Positions 45,833-55,238 of a stretch of 64,000 nucleotides of DNA are shown piece by piece; the stretch's first letter is position 1, and the number at the start of each line of letters is the position of its first letter. The DNA is taken from IMG/VR virus record IMGVR_UViG_3300043185_000099, positions 32,001-96,000 of that record, one strand, 5' to 3'. Made by a program: the position numbers and the translations under genes. This stretch comes from a virus. The notes beneath the pieces are model-generated. The model made no database searches. It was not told the origin of the DNA and saw only the letters and a program-made list of their open reading frames with translations.

Positions 45833-48067
45833 CTAGATGCTACCTGTCAGGGAGATCACAAGACCATCCGATCCGGGCGGAGCGAATCCGGGCCATGTAA
45901 TCATGATTTGGAGAATCGTAGCGGGCGGGAAAGCAAATGGACCGGGCCCGAGGGGGACGGGGAAAAGCACGGGCGGCGGAGGAAGTAAGCCAAGGTCGAA
46001 TGGTGCCGCGAGGATTGACACGGGCGCTCCTGGAGGCCCCATGAGAACGTCCAAGAACGTGCCCAGAGGCAACGGACCTCCGACGTCGAAGTACACGAAC
46101 AGCGGACCGACGCCACCGGGAAAACTGAAGCCTCCGGCGAAGTTATTGATGTCGAACTCGTTGACGATGATCGGCGGAACGAACGGTGTCGTCGGCACCA
46201 ACATCTGGCGCGAGTAGTTGAACTCGACGGAACCACTCGCAGCCGCGGAGAGACGTCCCTGCGCGTCGACCGTGAGGTTCGTCCTCGTGTAGGATCCGGG
46301 GATCACCCCAGTGGCCGTGAGGTTGACCGAGATTGGGCCATCGTCGACGCCACTGTTGACGATGGTGGTCCCCACGCCAGCAGCCAGGACGCGGTTGTCC
46401 GTGAGGGCCGCCGCGATGGCGTGCGTGATGAACGGCGCCGTGCTGGGGGCCGCGCCTCCACCGCCTCCTCCGGCGATCTCGTCGATGGCGTCCTGCACGT
46501 TCTCGCTGACGAGACCGGAGACGGTGTTGTCGTAGAAAATCGACGATGCCTTCGTCAGAGCAGTGAGCGTGACGATGCCCACCACGGTAATGACACCGTC
46601 CTCCGTCGATCCGCGCCGGAGGGCGGCGGATCCGGCCACGCCGGTCGAGTCCATGGAGATGCCAAGGAACGACGTAGGCACGTTGCTGGTGTCGCCCAGG
46701 AGCGTGCGGCGCAGCGTCACGATCAGGTTGCCCGCAGCCCCCGTAGCGTCCGGATTGCCCTCGACGGCGTCGGTGATCGTCGGGCTCTCGACGGTCACCT
46801 CGCAGTCGTCCATCACGAAATCCTCTGACCACGTCTGCAGGGCGTAGGACGAGAGGGCGATGCCCGTCTGGTGGAGCTTCGTGTAGGAGAGATAAGCGGT
46901 GTTCAGTCCGACCTTGTTCGGGTCCACTTGGCCGATGCTCGGTCCGATGAACATGCTGTCACGGGCGAACAGGCGCGCGGAGTTGCCGACGGAGGACTGG
47001 ACGATGAACGCCTGAGACGTGCCGCTGAACGCGTCCTCCTGCACGACTCGTACATCCTGCAGGAACGCGCGCCCCTTCTCGACGGAGAGTCCTGCTCCCT
47101 GGTTCGGTGCTCCTCCTCCCGCCTGGAGAAGCTCCACGTTGGTGAGGTACACGTCGCCGCTGCCGATCTTGCGAAGCAACGCGTTCGTGGTCGCGCCCAC
47201 GTTCTCGAGCACGACGTTTGCGATCATGCAGTACTCGCCGGAGTTCGGCAGGTTCGCCGTGTGCGTGCCCGTCGGAGGGCCGCCAGCGTTGGCGCAGCGG
47301 ATGGTGACGGAGCGGTCGAAGTCGGGGTGCTCGCCGGTCCCCCCGCCCGTGCTGGGCCATCCGATCACGTGGATGTACGGCTGGAACTGCACGTCCTCCA
47401 CGTAGAACCCGGGCCGCACGGCGATGATCATCGGCTGCGTCGCCGAGGGTGGGATCGTGCCGTTGAACGCAGCGTTCGTCTGCGCGGCGAGGATGGCCGC
47501 ACCGATGCTAGAGAAGTCCGCGTAGCCCTCCGCGACGGCCGGATCGTTCTGCGCGTGCAGGTTGTCCTTGCCACGGTTCGCGTCGACGTAGATGATCCGA
47601 CCCGACGCACTTACGTGGGAGATCAGGAACAGCAAATTGTTGATGTTGAAGTTCTGATCGTTGGCCCATCCCTCGGCGGAGACGTCGACGGGGATGATGC
47701 CTGATCCATCGCGACGCTCTCCGGCGGCCACGAGACTGAGGTCCGCGAAGAATGTCAGGTACCGGAGCCGGACGTACTGCTCGTTCTGCGTGGGGAGTCC
47801 CGCGTCGACCACAAGCCTGATGAGATAGGGACCCTCGTTGTCGACGACGAACGTGACAGGCCCCGGACCGAAGATGCCGCCCGCGAGGATGGCGGCCGAC
47901 GGGTTACGGTCCCTGTCCTCCGGCTTGAAGGCGATTGACCACGCGTAGGTCGTCGCTGGGGGCCCAACGTGGTTGAGCGTCACGACGTCGCCGGCACGGA
48001 GGTCGTTGCGGCTCGCCCCGACCACGGGGTTGATGCCGTTTACGAGGCTCTGGATGAGTGCTGGCAT
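45833..48067 (-). CDS. Tail fibre/tailspike with a pectin-lyase-like beta-helix
   Basis: IIYVDANRGKDN...FSSIGAAI...IAVRPGFYVE beta-helix cap; YDNTVSGLVSENVQDAIDEI and TGVIPGSYTRTNLTVDAQGRLSAA fibre motifs. Confidence 0.72.
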   Translation of the reverse strand: MPALIQSLVNGINPVVGASRNDLRAGDVVTLNHVGPPATTYAWSIAFKPEDRDRNPSAAILAGGIFGPGPVTFVVDNEGPYLIRLVVDAGLPTQNEQYVRLRYLTFFADLSLVAAGERRDGSGIIPVDVSAEGWANDQNFNINNLLFLISHVSASGRIIYVDANRGKDNLHAQNDPAVAEGYADFSSIGAAILAAQTNAAFNGTIPPSATQPMIIAVRPGFYVEDVQFQPYIHVIGWPSTGGGTGEHPDFDRSVTIRCANAGGPPTGTHTANLPNSGEYCMIANVVLENVGATTNALLRKIGSGDVYLTNVELLQAGGGAPNQGAGLSVEKGRAFLQDVRVVQEDAFSGTSQAFIVQSSVGNSARLFARDSMFIGPSIGQVDPNKVGLNTAYLSYTKLHQTGIALSSYALQTWSEDFVMDDCEVTVESPTITDAVEGNPDATGAAGNLIVTLRRTLLGDTSNVPTSFLGISMDSTGVAGSAALRRGSTEDGVITVVGIVTLTALTKASSIFYDNTVSGLVSENVQDAIDEIAGGGGGGAAPSTAPFITHAIAAALTDNRVLAAGVGTTIVNSGVDDGPISVNLTATGVIPGSYTRTNLTVDAQGRLSAAASGSVEFNYSRQMLVPTTPFVPPIIVNEFDINNFAGGFSFPGGVGPLFVYFDVGGPLPLGTFLDVLMGPPGAPVSILAAPFDLGLLPPPPVLFPVPLGPGPFAFPPATILQIMITWPGFAPPGSDGLVISLTGSI

Positions 48068-48106
48068 GACAATTCCCGGGACGAGCTGGTCCTATCGGTG
48101 CCGTCC

Positions 48107-48115
48107 CTATAGAGG
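48107..48115 (-). promoter_or_regulatory. Candidate phage late-promoter motif CCTCTATAG
   Basis: Intergenic, 39 nt upstream of the 48067 start; identical to 5105-5113. Confidence 0.4.
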
Positions 48116-48125
48116 GGCCACCGAA

Positions 48126-49532
48126 CTAGACGAAGAACTGCGCAGAGACATCCTCCCCGAGCACCGTGAAGGGTGTGCGCACTCCCAGACGCTCCAGGGA
48201 GACACGGTAAGACTGCCCTGTCGCCTCCTGGGGCATCCTCGTGCGGATCTGGACGATGCTGGGCGCGACCCGCACACGCGTCACGCCGGATCCCGGCGGT
48301 ACTTGGCCGACGGGTCCGCCCGCGTTGCCCAGTAGCGTCTCCAGTCGATACTGGCCCGCGTTCGGCCCGGCCGATATCGCGATGGTTTCGCCCTCGACGG
48401 CGTTGGAGAAGTCCTGGGAGTCGTCCTCGATCACGCCGTCGTCCTCGATGGTCGCGAGGCCAGACAACCCAGTCGGCGTCGTCGTGTACGCGCGCGGATT
48501 CGGGTCGGCCCCCGACGGCATCCTCATCACTCCCGTCACCCGGTAACGTCCGAGCGTGGCCGTGTCCGTGCCTCCGTTGGAGGGGCCGCTGTTCGGTCCG
48601 TCGAGCACCTCGAGCGTTGCGCCGGGAGGCACAGACCGGAAGTCGCGGGTCACGTCAGAGAACAGCATCCGGCCCGGGAGAGTCACCCCGGCATCCCCGG
48701 TCAGCTCCTTCATCCCGCAGCAGAACTTGCGGAAGTCCTCGTAGTACCAGGGATCCAACTGGAAGAACGGTTCCGCAGTGAACAAGTCGCCGAAGGCGTC
48801 GAGGAAGAGATGGCGGTACTCGAAGATCGCTTTGGCTGGCTTGAGGGCACGGAGGATGCGGAGGTTGTTGCGGAGCACTCTGAACGGGTCGGTCGGAAAC
48901 CCCGTGCCAAGCTCTCCCTTGATCAGCTCACCCGTCGTGGGGTCGGTGAAGACCGTCAGACACAGGACGTTGATCTCGAACTCGTGCTGCTCGGCAAAAC
49001 CCCACGCGGAGATAGCCCTATGGCTGTAGTCAACCTTGGCGAGAACCTCGACGACAGCCTCGGTGAGGAGCGTGAGACCTTCCTGGACTGTTTCCTCCGT
49101 CGCCCCCTGCAGGAGCAAGATGATCATGCGACGGAGGAACTCGCGATAGGTCAGGTCTCCGTCTACCTCGGGGATCCCCACGGGCGGCTTGGTGGGGTCC
49201 GGAAAGACCAACGTTCCGATCATCTGCCACAGGAATTCCGGACGAGCGAAATCCACGTCCGACTCCAGCCCGACATCTTCCAGCGCAAGCTGCACCTGCG
49301 CCATCTGCTCGGCGAGGGCTTGGTACTGGAGGGCGTAGTAAGCACCCGGGATCTCCGCCACGTAGTTGGAGGGGATAACCTGTTGGAACACGCGGAGAAT
49401 CTGATTCGTGATGTCCCTGAGAGTCCGCACTCCCTGCTGACCATTCACCGTGAGCGGGGCTGGGTTCTGCTCCCGGGTGAAGGGCAAGTAGGGAGACTTC
49501 GGGACAATCGGTGGCTTCTGTTCGTCAGCCAC
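48126..49532 (-). CDS. Baseplate wedge protein (P2 gpI-like position and motifs)
   Basis: ARPEFLWQMIG...YREFLRRMIILLLQGAT...LRALKPAKA; directly downstream of the baseplate-J-like gene. Confidence 0.6.
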   Translation of the reverse strand: MADEQKPPIVPKSPYLPFTREQNPAPLTVNGQQGVRTLRDITNQILRVFQQVIPSNYVAEIPGAYYALQYQALAEQMAQVQLALEDVGLESDVDFARPEFLWQMIGTLVFPDPTKPPVGIPEVDGDLTYREFLRRMIILLLQGATEETVQEGLTLLTEAVVEVLAKVDYSHRAISAWGFAEQHEFEINVLCLTVFTDPTTGELIKGELGTGFPTDPFRVLRNNLRILRALKPAKAIFEYRHLFLDAFGDLFTAEPFFQLDPWYYEDFRKFCCGMKELTGDAGVTLPGRMLFSDVTRDFRSVPPGATLEVLDGPNSGPSNGGTDTATLGRYRVTGVMRMPSGADPNPRAYTTTPTGLSGLATIEDDGVIEDDSQDFSNAVEGETIAISAGPNAGQYRLETLLGNAGGPVGQVPPGSGVTRVRVAPSIVQIRTRMPQEATGQSYRVSLERLGVRTPFTVLGEDVSAQFFV

Positions 49533-52500
49533 GCCTGTCCTCCACGTAGGTGAAGATGAAGTTGCCCACGTCGAAGAACTCCAACTCGCCAGCCTCCACG
49601 TCCTGCACTCGGTTTTCGGTAAACGCCACTTGGTAAGTCACCGTGTACGAGTGGAGGTCGGGTCTGTCAGCGGCTGCCAACGAGACCAGAATGCGATTCG
49701 CAGTGAGCTGCTGTCGGATGGCCTCAATTTCGACCTGGGTGTTGGCCGCCGGAAAATTGGCGACGATCGTTTGATCGTCGCTGTAGTTCGGGATCGACAA
49801 CCCCTCGTTACCGATAATGTAGGCTCGTCCCGCGCTATGGAACAACGTCTCGGGACTGGTCGTCTGAAGAGTCATTGGACGATCGTCTTGAAACACTCCA
49901 GCGAACTGCGTGCCGTCTCCACCCCCAGTGAGAGTCGGGTTGTTCAGGGCATCCTCCAGGATCCACGTCTTCGTTGTCGTATCCGAGTAGGGCACGGCGG
50001 AGCTACCGAGTAGGACTTCGACCGCCCCGGAATCCGAAGGAACGGACTCACGTACTACAAGAGACCCTGCTGACCGAGCCAGCTTGGTCGGAGGATTCTC
50101 GACATAAGAGACACCTTGGGTGTCGTCGATGACCGCGATGATGTCCGATTGCCGCACCGCACCGCCCAACGGTAGCGCGCGGAGGAACGCAGTGAGATTC
50201 GTACGGACCGACGTATCTACAGTCGAAGTCTGGAATCCAGTCCGCGTCACAATCGTAGTTGTAATGTCGATTGGGGCCGACACGGCCTCTTTGGCGAGAA
50301 CGTCCGCGGTGATGTGCTTTCGGGCATCGAGAGCGTCCTGCAATGTAGGAACAACGAAGTTTGTCGTGTACGTGACCGTGAAGTTCTCCGCGTGCTGGTA
50401 GCTGACCAGCACAGTCTCTCCGCTGGTGATCTGGCTGTTGGTCGTGCGGCGAAGTGCGGCTGCCGTAATCTGCGTTCCCGGGACGATCACGTAATCCGAT
50501 ACTCCGGAAGGATCGTCCGGGCCGCGATAAAGAACAGTGCCCGACGTGTTGGTGACTTGAATCGTGAGCGGGTTCGCTCCCAGGTTGCTCAGAAATTCGT
50601 TGAACTGCCCAAGCAGGAGATGCTGCTCATTGGTCACGACCACGGGGTCGCCGCTCGGGATCCCATCCGTCTGGATGATGTCGATGTAGGATTGCGCCTT
50701 CACCGAACGACCCTCGAGCAGCGGATCGTCTGGCTGGACGAATACGAAGTTGTCCGCCGGAAGGTCTCCTGAGATCTGTCCTGTGACACCATCGACGGAT
50801 TGGACTGGCTGCCTTGTGAAGACAAACTTCGTAGACGTCACATAGCGATAGTCCCCAAGAATGATGTTGCCGAGGGTCACAATCGGCTGGACAACAGCCG
50901 ACGAGAGCTGGATGGTCCTGTAGTCGAGAATCTTGACGTCAGTGAGATCGAAGAACACCCCAATCGTCGCATTGCGAAATCCAACGCCCAAATCTGGGGC
51001 ATCGAGCATCTCGGCGATCGGATTGCTGGGCGACAAATTCGTGTCGAGAGCCCTAAACACCAGATCGAGTGGGTTGCCAATGATGACGAACTGTACGTCA
51101 TCTGCAACCTCAAACGTGAAGGCGAACGTATCGGTGACCGTGCCTGTCGACGTACCACGTTCCCAGACGTCAACTTTCCCTCCGACATGTTTGTTGTAGT
51201 CGGTGTCAAAGTCGCGTTGCATCAGGGAGTCGGAAGGGGAAACCACACGCACGTCCTCCACACCGGGTACGCTTGCCGCCGTCTGGAGCGTGCCTCTTTC
51301 CGTTCCACTGTCCACGGCCGCCAAGGCTCCCCGGGCGCGGATCGACAAGGCCAGGTTCGTCTCCCTATTAGAGCCCCCGAACGTCGCGTTCCTGTTGGTG
51401 ACGGACAATCCAAACGGCCCGCTCACGAGGCTGCGGATCTGTCCGGCGCCAAGATTTCCGACCGACCCGGGTTGAACTGCCTGGACCGGCACATCAACCT
51501 GGAAGAACCCAGTGGTCGGGTTGAAAAACGCTGCGACGTTATTGATTGGAATCGACGCGTCGCTCGTGGTGGCGAACTGGACCGATCCGCTCGCGACAAT
51601 CGTACCCAATGGGATGAAGATTGTTGCCGTCGGCCGGGTCCGTGTGAAGAATGTGACAAACCCTCGTGCCCTCGACCCCACCCGACGAAACACGTTGTTG
51701 CGAGACGCGAGTTGTTCAAACGAGGTATCAATGATGGTCTGGATGTCATTGGGAGCCGAGAGATCAAAGACCCGAGCCAGAGCTTGCTTGTACGGTGAGC
51801 GCGAGACGGGAACGGAGGTTCCGTCGCTCTGAACCCCGTCAATTTGGAGCAGGGTGTCAAACGCCTGGGTTCGGTACAGAAAATCAACGAGCAGCCGCAA
51901 CCGCATGACCTCATCCGATGTGGGGTCTACCACGGTGTCGCGGATCACCGCCCCCGGCTGAACCGCGAGTGCGGGTGTCGTCCGCACAAGCGACGAGATT
52001 ATGTCCTGAACGACCTGCAAACGCGAGGGTGCGGGGAATGTGCCCACGTTCTCCAAAATCAGGACAGGTTGCGCCACCACTTCGGGGGAGAACGACGACT
52101 CCACTTCGACCTGCCGTGTCTCGTCGAAGAACACAGCCGAAGCCACATAGAACAGAGGCTCCGTAGTGGGCGTGCTGGCGAATTCCCCGATCGGCACGGT
52201 CGAAGGGGTGTTGGACGGCCCAAACTGCCGGTTGTGAACAAACGAGTAGAACGGGCGCGAGATAATCGACGCGACCGTGATGGACGTCCTGATCGCCAGA
52301 GCTGTCTCAGGAACCTCAAAACTCTGCACAAAGTCGGTCTTGATGAGGTTCGCCTGCTCTTGTTCGGTGATGGCCGCCGCCAGTTCGGGCGTCAGTACGA
52401 TATCCTCCAAGTCCTCGACGGCTTCGGACGTGCGTGTCTGCGTCTCTTTGATCTGGACGTACAGAGGATCGGCTGCGGGAGTTCCGTCCGGATTCGTGGC

Positions 52501-53067
52501 CACTGTGTTCTCGACGTCGATCGTCCCGATGGTCTGCGTTTCCTGAAGGACCGAGAAGTCCGTTACTGTGTTGAGGTTCACCCGGAGATAGCCGGTCGCA
52601 CCGCCTCCCTGAAACCGCGACGCGTAGAAGTTGACGCCCTGAAACCTGGGGTCATCGACCCCTTCAACCTGAATCTTCACCGCGTCATTGCGTTGTTCCA
52701 CACTGACGTTGGTCGGAGGGATCCCGATGAGTCCGATGTCCGCATCTTGCACGACCGTGACCTCGACCCGAGCCGAAGCCGATACTGCCCCCGAGAAAGA
52801 CACGGACCTGACCTCGATCACATTCAGCCCAGCGATCAGCTCCAGTCCGGCCGAAAACACGTTCGCATTGGGGAACGAAAACGTGGTCCCCTCGAAGACG
52901 ATGAGATCAGGATCAGAGGTGAACGCGGCACCGCGGATCGAGATCTGCATATCGACCGTGTCCGATGCCATCTCCCCAGTAAAAAATCTTGAGGACATCG
53001 TAGTCGAGAAGATGGTCGTCTCGCGGAGGATGCCGTCTGGACCGACGATTCGTGGGGTAGCGACCAT
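49525..53067 (-). CDS. Baseplate J-like wedge protein
   Basis: PGAVIRDTVVDP, RARGFVTF, IPLGTIV...FATTSD, VQAVQPGSVGNLGAGQI, TFGGSNRETN..L..R, SVPGVEDVRV, LPLGGAVRQSDIIAVI...GVSYV. Confidence 0.85.
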   Translation of the reverse strand: MVATPRIVGPDGILRETTIFSTTMSSRFFTGEMASDTVDMQISIRGAAFTSDPDLIVFEGTTFSFPNANVFSAGLELIAGLNVIEVRSVSFSGAVSASARVEVTVVQDADIGLIGIPPTNVSVEQRNDAVKIQVEGVDDPRFQGVNFYASRFQGGGATGYLRVNLNTVTDFSVLQETQTIGTIDVENTVATNPDGTPAADPLYVQIKETQTRTSEAVEDLEDIVLTPELAAAITEQEQANLIKTDFVQSFEVPETALAIRTSITVASIISRPFYSFVHNRQFGPSNTPSTVPIGEFASTPTTEPLFYVASAVFFDETRQVEVESSFSPEVVAQPVLILENVGTFPAPSRLQVVQDIISSLVRTTPALAVQPGAVIRDTVVDPTSDEVMRLRLLVDFLYRTQAFDTLLQIDGVQSDGTSVPVSRSPYKQALARVFDLSAPNDIQTIIDTSFEQLASRNNVFRRVGSRARGFVTFFTRTRPTATIFIPLGTIVASGSVQFATTSDASIPINNVAAFFNPTTGFFQVDVPVQAVQPGSVGNLGAGQIRSLVSGPFGLSVTNRNATFGGSNRETNLALSIRARGALAAVDSGTERGTLQTAASVPGVEDVRVVSPSDSLMQRDFDTDYNKHVGGKVDVWERGTSTGTVTDTFAFTFEVADDVQFVIIGNPLDLVFRALDTNLSPSNPIAEMLDAPDLGVGFRNATIGVFFDLTDVKILDYRTIQLSSAVVQPIVTLGNIILGDYRYVTSTKFVFTRQPVQSVDGVTGQISGDLPADNFVFVQPDDPLLEGRSVKAQSYIDIIQTDGIPSGDPVVVTNEQHLLLGQFNEFLSNLGANPLTIQVTNTSGTVLYRGPDDPSGVSDYVIVPGTQITAAALRRTTNSQITSGETVLVSYQHAENFTVTYTTNFVVPTLQDALDARKHITADVLAKEAVSAPIDITTTIVTRTGFQTSTVDTSVRTNLTAFLRALPLGGAVRQSDIIAVIDDTQGVSYVENPPTKLARSAGSLVVRESVPSDSGAVEVLLGSSAVPYSDTTTKTWILEDALNNPTLTGGGDGTQFAGVFQDDRPMTLQTTSPETLFHSAGRAYIIGNEGLSIPNYSDDQTIVANFPAANTQVEIEAIRQQLTANRILVSLAAADRPDLHSYTVTYQVAFTENRVQDVEAGELEFFDVGNFIFTYVEDRRG

Positions 53068-53072
53068 AGGAC

Positions 53073-54263
53073 TTACCTAGAAGTGTTTGTCGAACTCACA
53101 GCGACCCCAGGGAGGGCTCGCGTTCTCGGGTCCAAACCGAACCCCTGTAGCCCGAGAGAGAGTCCGTTGCTGCCGGCCAATGCTGCGGTACCGGGCGCTG
53201 CATACACCGTCGTGATGACCACGGGAATATTGGACGCGTTGGCCACGACGATGTCAACCTCAAAGACGGACGGGTCGAAGACGGACGGAGTCGTGTTGAC
53301 GGAGATGACGGTCGCCAAACGTTCACGAGGCGACACTTCCTGAAGACTCGCTTGGGCACCCTGAAGGTTCTTGAAGCGAGCCAGAGTCGTGATGACATCC
53401 TCGTTGATGACGGACACTCCAGCCCCGAGTGCTTTGGTCCCGATGCGAGTCAACAGCAAAGTTCCGTACTCAGGATGGAAAGGGTTTGACCCGCGAACGG
53501 TAGACAGGATCTTCAAAGCAGCCTGGTTGAGCAGATCTTCGTTGACCACCGTGAGAGGCTCTCCACTCGCAGCGATGCGGTAGTCATTCTCGATTCCGAA
53601 ACTCTGGCACCGCCGGCAGTGGTCCTGGTAAGTTGTGTAGGAGACCTTGAACACCGGGTTCCCCAACACTGGTGAGGTGAACTTGGGGTACCTGGCTGAA
53701 ATGTGGCGTACGCTGGCCAAGCCTGGCACAGGTTGGACGACGGAGTACTCAGCGAACCCCCATGATGGGTAGGTGGTCCGGCCTCTAGCTCTCACCTGCA
53801 TCGAGAATCCCAGGGCCCCCGCCGCCTCTCCGCCAATCCGCACCTGGGACCGCGGACCCTGGTCGAGGAAGTCGCTGATCTGAAGGACCCCGTCGTCATT
53901 GGCCACGACGATGCTCACCGAGGCATTCCGGAGAGCCGCATTGAGCGTGTCCACAACACGTCTCGTCTCGACACGGGAACCTACCGGGAGCAAGATGTCC
54001 AGGCTGGATTCCCTGTTCGAGAGGGTCACCGAATTCTCATTCTTGAGGATGTTGAAGGGGCCGCTGCTGGCTCCCGTGATCGATGCGCTAATCTGGAATC
54101 CTGTTGGAGGGATCACGATCTCGTCGTTCGCGGTGATCTTGACCTTGCTGGACGACGCAACCGGCTGCCTGGTCCTGAGTTCCATGCGGTCAGAACCGAG
54201 AGGGACCTCCTCCTCGATGGTGAGGTGCGGGCATGCGTGACCCAGCTGGAAGTCGAAGCTCAT
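53073..54263 (-). CDS. Baseplate wedge protein with a C-terminal gp25/GPW-like domain
   Basis: NEDLLNQAALKILSTVRGSNPFHPEYGTLL matches the gp25/gpW pattern; upstream of the baseplate-J-like gene. Confidence 0.78.
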   Translation of the reverse strand: MSFDFQLGHACPHLTIEEEVPLGSDRMELRTRQPVASSSKVKITANDEIVIPPTGFQISASITGASSGPFNILKNENSVTLSNRESSLDILLPVGSRVETRRVVDTLNAALRNASVSIVVANDDGVLQISDFLDQGPRSQVRIGGEAAGALGFSMQVRARGRTTYPSWGFAEYSVVQPVPGLASVRHISARYPKFTSPVLGNPVFKVSYTTYQDHCRRCQSFGIENDYRIAASGEPLTVVNEDLLNQAALKILSTVRGSNPFHPEYGTLLLTRIGTKALGAGVSVINEDVITTLARFKNLQGAQASLQEVSPRERLATVISVNTTPSVFDPSVFEVDIVVANASNIPVVITTVYAAPGTAALAGSNGLSLGLQGFGLDPRTRALPGVAVSSTNTSR

Positions 54264-54293
54264 GGAGCTGACTCGTGGGGATTCATAAAAGAA

Positions 54294-55238
54294 TCACCCA
54301 TGCGCGAAGGGATCCGAGCCCTCTGGATTTGGAAAGAGCGTATCGTAGTTCGCGATCCCGTCGGGTTGGTCGACCGTCCCGAGCCTGATGGCGGTGAAGT
54401 CCGGTTCCCCGGTGTCCGTCGTCTCGTAGAACACCGAGTCCATCTCGGTGACAATCCGCGACAAGCCCAGGTTCCTCGCGTACCGTGTCCCATCCGGCGG
54501 ATCCGGGAAATCGACCACCGATCCGCCAAGTGCCTGCTGGATGATGGTGTCGCGCTCCACCAAGAGCTGTTCACGCAAGTCCATCATCTTGATGATCTTC
54601 GACTCCAGCAGGGCGATCTCGGCGATGGTCTGGCCAACCCACCTACGTGCGTAGTCCATCCTGATTGCGATCTTCGAGCTGGCGTCCCCTTGATGGAAGT
54701 ACCGCCCGGCCTGGGTGTATGGGTCCCGAATGAACGTCGGGAGACCGCCGGGGTACACTCCGCCTGGGCCATACGCGTCCGCACTTCGAGGGGCGACCAC
54801 CCCTCCATACGGTTGGTCGTACGGATTTGTCTCCGAGCCCGCGTCGGTGAACTTCTCGTTCGGGTTGTCATCCGGGTCTTCCGGAGGGTCTCCCTCCGTG
54901 GTGAACTGGATCTGATCAGGCTGCAGCCAGAGAGATATGCTCATGGGGTTACCGCCCACAGCAATGTATGCCTGCACCAACTTCTCCAGCGACGAGCCCG
55001 GCGAAACCACAATTCCGATCCTCTGTTCGGTAACCGTCTCAATTTCTCGCTCGGCACCCTCGGCCGTTTGGACCACGGTATTCACGCGCTGGTAAAACAC
55101 GGTGATTCGTCCAATGCGTCGAAGTTCGGCATTGATAGTCCGCAATCTGGGAGAGATTGTGCGTCGCTCGTTCAGGACCCAGTTGCGGAACGCCTTCCAC
55201 TGCGCCTCCCGAATCGTGCCGAGGTAATTGAATGGCAT
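54294..55238 (-). CDS. Hypothetical protein (probable virion)
   Basis: MPFNYLGTIREAQW...; ATG 55238 overlaps the upstream stop (TGATG). The upstream extension in the ORF track overlaps the next gene. Confidence 0.65.
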   Translation of the reverse strand: MPFNYLGTIREAQWKAFRNWVLNERRTISPRLRTINAELRRIGRITVFYQRVNTVVQTAEGAEREIETVTEQRIGIVVSPGSSLEKLVQAYIAVGGNPMSISLWLQPDQIQFTTEGDPPEDPDDNPNEKFTDAGSETNPYDQPYGGVVAPRSADAYGPGGVYPGGLPTFIRDPYTQAGRYFHQGDASSKIAIRMDYARRWVGQTIAEIALLESKIIKMMDLREQLLVERDTIIQQALGGSVVDFPDPPDGTRYARNLGLSRIVTEMDSVFYETTDTGEPDFTAIRLGTVDQPDGIANYDTLFPNPEGSDPFAHG

